Source: Azolla caroliniana (Eukaryota; Plantae; Polypodiophyta). From it: 64,000 nt of DNA. Location of the stretch: the NCBI GenBank assembly GCA_043228905.1, contig JBHGNT010000093.1:29090-93089 (forward strand), given 5' to 3'. The translations under genes were made by a program, and so were the position numbers. Positions 55,201 through 64,000 of this stretch are shown in pieces. The notes under the pieces are model-generated. The model was given only the letters and a program-made list of their open reading frames with translations, had not been told where the DNA came from and made no database searches. Within the stretch, counting starts at the first letter, position 1, and each line of letters opens with the position of its first letter.

Positions 55201-58200
55201 CGGGCTCTTCTCCACTCCCTCCTCTAATTTGCTAATTTCTTCATGTCACTCGACCTGAGTTTCAAAATCTTGATTTTTTAATTCCATATCATAGCTAGCG
55301 TTGTTAGGTTCGTTTCGCATGTTTGAACACAAAAATCCGATATCACACGAGCCAGGTATGAACATTTAAATTTACTCACGGGCTCCTCTCAACTCACTAC
55401 TCATGTTTGCTAGTTTCGTCATGTCTCTCGACCTGAGTTTCAAAATCTTGATTTTTTAATTCCATATTATAGCTACCGTTGTTAGCTTCGATCCGCATGT
55501 TTGAACACAAAAATCCGATATTACACGAGCCAGGTATGAACATTTTGATTTACTCAAGGGCTCCTCTCAACTCACTCCTCATGTTTGCTAATTTCGTCAT
55601 GTCTCTCGACCTGAGTTTCAAAATCTTGATTTTTTAATTCCATATCATAGCTAGCGTTGTTAGCTTCGAATCGCATGTTTGAACACAAAAGTCCGATATC
55701 ACACGAGCCAGGTATGAACATTTTCATTTACTCAAGGGCTCCTCTCAACTCACTACTCATGTTTGCTAATTTAGTCATGTCTCTCGACCTGAGTTTCAAA
55801 ATCTTGATTTTTTAATTCCATATCATAGCTAGCGTTGTTAGCTTCGAATCGCATGTTTGAACACAAAAGTCCGATATCACACGAGCCAGGTATGAACATT
55901 TTCATTTACTCAAGGGCTCCTCTCAACTCACTACTCATGTTTGTTAATTTCGTCATGTCTCTCGACCTGAGTTTCAAAATCTTGATTTTTTAATTCCATA
56001 TCATAGCTAGCTTTGTTAGCTTCGATTCGCATGTTTGAACATAAAAATCCGATCTCACACGAGCCAGGTATGAACATTTTTATTTACCTACTAGCTCTTC
56101 TCAACCCACTACTCAAATTTGGTAATTTCGTCATGTCTCTCGACCTGAGTTTCAAAATCTTGATTTTTTAATTCGATATCATAGCTAGCGTTGTTAGCTT
56201 CGAATCGCATGTTTGAACACAAAAGTCCGATATCACACGAGCCAGGTATGAACATTTTCATTTACTCAAGGGCTCCTCTCAACTCACTACTCATGTTTGT
56301 TAATTTCGTCATGTCTCTCGACCTGAGTTTCAAAATCTTGATTTTTTAATTCCATATCATAGCTAGCGTTGTTAGCTTCGAATCGCATGTTTGAACACAA
56401 AAGTCCGATATCACACGAGCCAGGTATGAACATTTTCATTTACTCAAGGGCTCCTCTCAACCCACTACTCAAATTTGGTAATTTCATCATGTCTCTCGAC
56501 CTGAGTTTCAAAATCTTGATTTTTTAATTCGATATCATAGCTAGCGTTGTTAGCTTCAATTCGCATGTTTGAACACAAAAATCCGATATCACACGAGCCA
56601 GGTATGAATATTTTAATTTACCTACTAGCTCTTCTCAACTCACTCCTCAAATTTGGTAATTTCGTCATGTCTCTCGACCTGAGTTTCAAAATCTAGATTT
56701 TTTAATTCCATATTATAGCTACCGTTGTTAGCTTCGATCCGCATGTTTGAACACAAAAATCCGATATTACACGAGCCAGGTATGAACATTTTAATTTACT
56801 CAAGGGCTCCTCTCAATTCCCTCCTCAAATTTGGTAATTTCATCATGTCTCTCGACCTGAGTTTCAAAATCTTGATTTTTTAATTCTATATCATAGCTAG
56901 GTTTGTTTGCTTCGATTCGCATGTTTGAACACAAAAATCCGATATCACACGAGCCAGGTATGAACATTTTCATTTACTCAAGGGCTCCTCTCAACTCACT
57001 ACTCATGTTTGCTAATTTCGTCATGTCTCTCGACCTGAGTTTCAAAATCATGATTTTTTAATTCCATATCATAGCTAGCGTTGTTAGCTTCGAATCGCAT
57101 GTTTGAACACAAAAGTCCGATATCACACGACCCAGGTATGAACATTTTCATTTACTCAAGGGCTCCTCTCAACCCACTACTCAAATTTGGTAATTTCGTC
57201 ATGTCTCTCGACCTGAGTTTCAAAATCTTGATTTTTTAATTCCATATCATAGCTAGCGTTGTTAGGTTCGTTTCGCATGTTTGAACATAAAAATCCGATA
57301 TCACACGAGCCAGGTATGAACATTTAAATTTACTCACGGGCTCCTCTCAACTCACTACTCATGTTTGCTAGTTTCGTCATGTCTCTCGACCTGAGTTTCA
57401 AAATCTTGATTTCTTAATTCCATATCATAACTAGCGTTGTTAGCTTCGAATCGCATGTTTGAACACAAAAATCCGATATCACACGCGCCAGGTATGAACA
57501 TTTTCATTTACCTGTTCGCTTCGTTTCGCATGTTTTCATTTACTCAAGGGCTCCTCTCAACTCACTACTCAAATTCGGTAATTTCGTCATGTCTCTCGAC
57601 CTGAGTTTCAAAATCTTCATTTTTTAATTCCATATCATAGCTAGCGTTGTTAGGTTCGTTTCGTATGTTTGAACACAAAAATCCGATATCACACGAGCCA
57701 GGTATGAACATTTTCATTTACCTACTAGCTCTTCTCAACTCACTCCTCAAATTTGGTAATTTCGTCATGTCTCTCGACCTGAGTTTCGAAATCTTGATTT
57801 TTTAATTCTATATCATAGCTATCTTTGTTTGCTTCGATTCGCATGTTTGAACACAAAAATCCGATATCACACGAGCCAGGCATGAACATTTTAATTTACT
57901 CACGGGCTCTTCTCCACTCCCTCCTCTAATTTGCTAATTTCTTCATGTCACTCGACCTGAGTTTCAAAATCTTGATTTTTTAATTCCATATCATAGCTAG
58001 CGTTGTTAGGTTCGTTTCGCATGTTTGAACACAAAAATCCGATATCACACGAGCCAGGTATGAACATTTAAATTTACTCACGGGCTCCTCTCAACTCACT
58101 ACTCATGTTTGCTAGTTTCGTCATGTCTCTCGACCTGAGTTTCAAAATCTTGATTTTTTAATTCCATATTATAGCTACCGTTGTTAGCTTCGATCCGCAT

Positions 58201-59777
58201 GTTTGAACACAAAAATCCGATATTACACGAGCCAGGTATGAACATTTTGATTTACTCAAGGGCTCCTCTCAACTCACTCCTCATGTTTGCTAATTTCGTC
58301 ATGTCTCTCGACCTGAGTTTCAAAATCTTGATTTTTTAATTCCATATCATAGCTAGCGTTGTTAGCTTCGAATCGCATGTTTGAACACAAAAGTCCGATA
58401 TCACACGAGCCAGGTATGAACATTTTCATTTACTCAAGGGCTCCTCTCAACTCACTACTCATGTTTGCTAATTTAGTCATGTCTCTCGACCTGAGTTTCA
58501 AAATCTTGATTTTTTAATTCCATATCATAGCTAGCGTTGTTAGCTTCGAATCGCATGTTTGAACACAAAAGTCCGATATCACACGAGCCAGGTATGAACA
58601 TTTTCATTTACTCAAGGGCTCCTCTCAACTCACTACTCATGTTTGTTAATTTCGTCATGTCTCTCGACCTGAGTTTCAAAATCTTGATTTTTTAATTCCA
58701 TATCATAGCTAGCTTTGTTAGCTTCGATTCGCATGTTTGAACATAAAAATCCGATCTCACACGAGCCAGGTATGAACATTTTTATTTACCTACTAGCTCT
58801 TCTCAACCCACTACTCAAATTTGGTAATTTCGTCATGTCTCTCGACCTGAGTTTCAAAATCTTGATTTTTTAATTCGATATCATAGCTAGCGTTGTTAGC
58901 TTCGAATCGCATGTTTGAACACAAAAGTCCGATATCACACGAGCCAGGTATGAACATTTTCATTTACTCAAGGGCTCCTCTCAACTCACTACTCATGTTT
59001 GTTAATTTCGTCATGTCTCTCGACCTGAGTTTCAAAATCTTGATTTTTTAATTCCATATCATAGCTAGCGTTGTTAGCTTCGAATCGCATGTTTGAACAC
59101 AAAAGTCCGATATCACACGAGCCAGGTATGAACATTTTCATTTACTCAAGGGCTCCTCTCAACCCACTACTCAAATTTGGTAATTTCATCATGTCTCTCG
59201 ACCTGAGTTTCAAAATCTTGATTTTTTAATTCGATATCATAGCTAGCGTTGTTAGCTTCAATTCGCATGTTTGAACACAAAAATCCGATATCACACGAGC
59301 CAGGTATGAATATTTTAATTTACCTACTAGCTCTTCTCAACTCACTCCTCAAATTTGGTAATTTCGTCATGTCTCTCGACCTGAGTTTCAAAATCTAGAT
59401 TTTTTAATTCCATATTATAGCTACCGTTGTTAGCTTCGATCCGCATGTTTGAACACAAAAATCCGATATTACACGAGCCAGGTATGAACATTTTAATTTA
59501 CTCAAGGGCTCCTCTCAATTCCCTCCTCAAATTTGGTAATTTCATCATGTCTCTCGACCTGAGTTTCAAAATCTTGATTTTTTAATTCTATATCATAGCT
59601 AGGTTTGTTTGCTTCGATTCGCATGTTTGAACACAAAAATCCGATATCACACGAGCCAGGTATGAACATTTTCATTTACTCAAGGGCTCCTCTCAACTCA
59701 CTCCTCATGTTTGCTAATTTCGTCATGTCTCTCGACCTGAGTTTCAAAATCATGATTTTTTAATTCCATATCATAGC
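54374..59777. repeat. Near-identical tandem duplication of a 2,702-bp (15-monomer) unit
   Basis: Offset 2,702 (14 x 178 + 210) for insertions 54810/57512, TCTAGAT about 56692/59394 and CATTTTGATTTAC 55541/58243. Confidence 0.88.
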
Positions 59778-62700
59778 TAGCGTTGTTAGCTTCGAATCGC
59801 ATGTTTGAACACAAAAGTCCGATATCACACGACCCAGGTATGAACATTTTCATTTACTCAAGGGCTCCTCTCAACTCACTACTCATGTTTGCTAATTTCG
59901 TCATGTCTCTCGACCTGAGTTTCAAAATCTTGATTTTTTAATTCCATATCATAGCTAGCGTTGTTAGGTTCGTTTCGCATGTTTGAACATAAAAATCCGA
60001 TATCACACGAGCCAGGTATGAACATTTAAATTTACTCACGGGCTCCTCTCAACTCACTACTCATGTTTGCTAGTTTCGTCATGTCTCTCGACCTGAGTTT
60101 CAAAATCTTGATTTCTTAATTCCATATCATAACTAGCGTTGTTAGCTTCGAATCGCATGTTTGAACACAAAAATCCGATATCACACGCGCCAGGTATGAA
60201 CATTTTCATTTACCTGTTCGCTTCGTTTCGCATGTTTTCATTTACTCAAGGGCTCCTCTCAACTCACTACTCAAATTCGGTAATTTCGTCATGTCTCTCG
60301 ACCTGAGTTTCAAAATCTTCATTTTTTAATTCCATATCATAGCTAGCGTTGTTAACTTCGTTTCGCATGTTTGAACACAAAAATCCGATATCACACGAGC
60401 CAGGTATGAACATTTTCATTTACCTACTAGCTCTTCTCAACACACTCCTCAAATTTGGTAATTTCGACATGTCTCTCGACCTGAGTTTCGAAATCTTGAT
60501 TTTTTAATTCTAAATCATAGCTATCTTTGTTTGCTTCGATTCGCATGTTTGAACACAAAAATCCGATATCACACGAGCCAGGTATGAACATTTTCATTTA
60601 CTCAAGGGCTCCTCTCAACTCACTACTCATGTTTGCTAATTTCGTCATGTCTCTCGACCTGAGTTTCAAAATCTTGATTTTTTAATTCCATATCATAGCT
60701 AGCGTTGTTAGGTTCGTTTCGCATGTTTGAACACAAAAATCCGATATCACACGAGCCAGGTATGAACATTTAAATTTACTCACGGGCTCCTCTCAACTCA
60801 CTACTCATGTTTGCTAGTTTCGTCATGTCTCTCGACCTGAGTTTCAAAATCTTGATTTCTTAATTCCATATCATAACTAGCGTTGTTAGCTTCGAATCGC
60901 ATGTTTGAACACAGAAATCCGATATCACACGCGCCAGGTATGAACATTTTCATTTACCTGTTCGCTTCGTTTCGCATGTTTTCATTTACTCAAGGGCTCC
61001 TCTCAACTCACTACTCAAATTCGGTAATTTCGTCATGTCTCTCGACCTGAGTTTCAAAATCTTCATTTTTTAATTCCATATCATAGCTAGCGTTGTTAGG
61101 TTCGTTTCGTATGTTTGAACACAAAAATCCGATATCACACGAGCCAGGTATGAACATTTTCATTTACCTACTAGCTCTTCTCAACTCACTCCTCAAATTT
61201 GGTAATTTCGTCATGTCTCTCGACCTGAGTTTCGAAATCTTGATTTTTTAATTCTATATCATAGCTATCTTTGTTTGCTTCGATTCGCATGTTTGAACAC
61301 AAAAATCCGATATCACACGAGCCAGGCATGAACATTTTAATTTACTCACGGGCTCTTCTCCACTCCCTCCTCTAATTTGCTAATTTCTTCATGTCACTCG
61401 ACCTGAGTTTCAAAATCTTGATTTTTTAATTCCATATCATCGCTAGCGATGTTAGCTTCGATTCGCATGATTGAACACAATAATCCGATATCACACGAGC
61501 CAGGTATGAACATTTTAATTTACTCACGGCCTCTTCTCCACTCCCTCCTCAAATTTGCTAATTTCATCATGTCTCTCGACCTGAGTTTCAAAATCATGAT
61601 TTTTTAATTCCATATCATAGCTAGCGTTGTTAGCTTCGAATCGCATGTTTGAACACAAAAGTCCGATATCACACGACCCAGGTATGAACATTTTCATTTA
61701 CTCAAGGGCTCCTCTCAACTCACTACTCATGTTTGCTAATTTCGTCATGTCTCTCGACCTGAGTTTCAAAATCTTGATTTTTTAATTCCATATCATAGCT
61801 AGCGTTGTTAGGTTCGTTTCGCATGTTTGAACATAAAAATCCGATATCACACGAGCCAGGTATGAACATTTAAATTTACTCACGGGCTCCTCTCAACTCA
61901 CTACTCATGTTTGCTAGTTTCGTCATGTCTGTCGACCCGAGTTTCAAAATCTTGATTTCTTAATTCCATATCATAACTAGCGTTGTTAGCTTCGAATCGC
62001 ATGTTTGAACACAAAAATCCGATATCACACGCGCCAGGTATGAACATTTTCATTTACCTGTTCGCTTCGTTTCGCATGTTTTCATTTACTCAAGGGCTCC
62101 TCTCAACTCACTACTCAAATTCGGTAATTTCGTCATGTCTCTCGACCTGAGTTTCAAAATCTTCATTTTTTAATTCCATATCATAGCTAGCGTTGTTAAC
62201 TTCGTTTCGCATGTTTGAACACAAAAATCCGATATCACACGAGCCAGGTATGAACATTTTCATTTACCTACTAGCTCTTCTCAACTCACTCCTCAAATTT
62301 GGTAATTTCGACATGTCTCTCGACCTGAGTTTCGAAATCTTGATTTTTTAATTCTATATCATAGCTATCTTTGTTTGCTTCGATTCGCATGTTTGAACAC
62401 AAAAATCCGATATCACACGAGCCAGGTATGAACATTTTCATTTACTCAAGGGCTCCTCTCAACTCACTACTCATGTTTGCTAATTTCGTCATGTCTCTCG
62501 ACCTGAGTTTCAAAATCTTGATTTTTTAATTCCATATCATAGCTAGCGTTGTTAGGTTCGTTTCGCATGTTTGAACACAAAAATCCGATATCACACGAGC
62601 CAGGTATGAACATTTAAATTTACTCACGGGCTCCTTTCAACTCACTACTCATGTTTGCTAGTTTCGTCATGTCTCTCGACCTGAGTTTCAAAATCTTGAT

Positions 62701-63465
62701 TTCTTAATTCCATATCATAACTAGCGTTTTTAGCTTCGAATCGCATGTTTGAACACAGAAATCCGATATCACACGCGCCAGGTATGAACATTTTCATTTA
62801 CCTGTTCGCTTCGTTTCGCATGTTTTCATTTACTCAAGGGCTCCTCTCAACTCACTACTCAAATTCGGTAATTTCGTCATGTCTCTCGACCTGAGTTTCA
62901 AAATCTTCATTTTTTAATTCCATATCATAGCTAGCGTTGTTAGGTTCGTTTCGTATGTTTGAACACAAAAATCCGATATCATACGAGCCAGGTATGAACA
63001 TTTTCATTTACCTACTAGCTCTTCTCAACTCACTCCTCAAATTTGGTAATTTCGTCATGTCTCTCGACCTGAGTTTCGAAATCTTGATTTTTTAATTCTA
63101 TATCATAGCTATCTTTGTTTGCTTCGATTCGCATGTTTGAACACAAAAATCCGATATCACACGAGCCAGGCATGAACATTTTAATTTACTCACGGGCTCT
63201 TCTCCACTCCCTCCTCTAATTTGCTAATTTCTTCATGTCACTCGACCTGAGTTTCAAAATCTTGATTTTTTAATTCCATATCATCGCTAGCGATGTTAGC
63301 TTCGATTCGCATGATTGAACACAATAATCCGATATCACACGAGCCAGGTATGAACATTTTAATTTACTCACGGCCTCTTCTCCACTCCCTCCTCAAATTT
63401 GCTAATTTCATCATGTCTCTCGACCTGAGTTTCAAAATCATGATTTTTTAATTCCATATCATAGC
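59778..63465. repeat. Tandem duplication of a 1,844-bp (10-monomer) unit
   Basis: Offset 1,844 (8 x 178 + 2 x 210) for insertions 60214/62058 and 60958/62802, and for the private allele TTCGACATG about 60463/62307. Confidence 0.88.
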
Positions 63466-63632
63466 TAGCGTTGTTAGCTTCGAATCGCATGTTTGAACAC
63501 AAAAGTCCGATATCACACGACCCAGGTATGAACATTTTCATTTACTCTCGACTCACTACTCATGTTTGCTAATTTCGTCATGTCTCTCGACCTGAGTTTC
63601 AAAATCTTGATTTTTTAATTCTATATCATAGC
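63466..63632. repeat. 167-bp monomer (11-bp deletion)
   Basis: TTTACTC|TCGACTCAC at 63541-63556 versus the usual TTTACTC-AAGGGCTCCTC-TCAACTCAC; monomer starts are at 63466 and 63633. Confidence 0.88.
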
Positions 63633-64000
63633 TAGGTTTGTTTGCTTCGATTCGCATGTTTGAACACAAAAATCCGGTATCACACGAGCCAGGTATGAAC
63701 ATTTTCATTTACTCAAGGGCTCCTCTCAACTCACTCCTCATGTTTGCTAATTTCGTCATGTCTCTCGACCTGAGTTTCAAAATCATGATTTTTTAATTCC
63801 ATATCATAGCTAGCGTTGTTAGCTTCGAATCGCATGTTTGAACATAAAAATCCGATATCACACGAGCCAGGTATGAACATTTTTATTTACCTACTAGCTC
63901 TTCTCAACCCACTACTCAAATTTGGTATTTTCGTCATGTCTCTCGACCTGAGTTTCAAAATCTTGATTTTTTAATTCTATATCATAGCTAGGTTTGTTTG

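Larger units (their letters stand above)
1..64000. repeat. Tandem satellite DNA array, 178-bp monomer, about 355 copies, probably centromeric or pericentromeric
   Basis: TAGCGTTGTTAGCTTCG starts at 1, 179, 357 and so on (period 178) and recurs to the end of the window. No unique sequence or inversion was seen. The centromeric role is inferred only from the roughly mononucleosome-sized monomer and the higher-order organisation. Confidence 0.98.
22423..64000. repeat. Satellite domain 2: divergent subfamily with higher-order repeats, about 229 monomers including 210-, 171-, 167- and 150-bp variants
   Basis: Diagnostic alleles not seen in domain 1: CCTACTAGCTCTT, TTTCCGAACGGG, CATCGCTAGCGATG, AAAGTCCG, CACGCGCC, CAGGCATG. 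The span 22423-63988 equals 229 x 178 plus the listed indels. Confidence 0.9.

Noticed and set aside
1-64000. CRISPR-like array or variable-cassette system (conserved blocks alternating with a variable segment)
   Set aside because: The variable segments are point variants of one sequence and recur many times, so they are not unique spacers. There is no leader, cas gene, recombinase or reverse transcriptase.

Overview
The whole 64-kb window is one uninterrupted, head-to-tail satellite DNA array, all in one orientation. The monomer is 178 bp and about 39% GC (hand-counted consensus: TAGCGTTGTTAGCTTCGATTCGCATGTTTGAACACAAAAATCCGATATCACACGAGCCAGGTATGAACATTTTAATTTACTCAAGGGCTCCTCTCAACTCCCTCCTCATGTTTGCTAATTTCGTCATGTCTCTCGACCTGAGTTTCAAAATCTTGATTTTTTAATTCCATATCATAGC). 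Coordinate arithmetic gives about 355 complete monomers. The length and organisation fit a eukaryotic (peri)centromeric satellite, but I do not recognise the family, and it does not match Arabidopsis CEN178 as I recall that sequence. I see no genes, RNA genes, transposons or CRISPR array; all listed ORFs are chance read-throughs of the repeat. There are two domains with a sharp junction near 22,470. Domain 1 (126 monomers) is homogeneous and built from nested 3- to 17-monomer duplications and longer-range copies. Domain 2 (229 monomers) has more divergent monomer types and 27 copies of a 210-bp monomer carrying a self-templated 32-bp insertion, often spaced 1,456 bp (8 monomers) apart. I found no protein-coding system; the interest lies in the array's architecture and its repair and recombination footprints. 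All coordinates and counts were read by eye.
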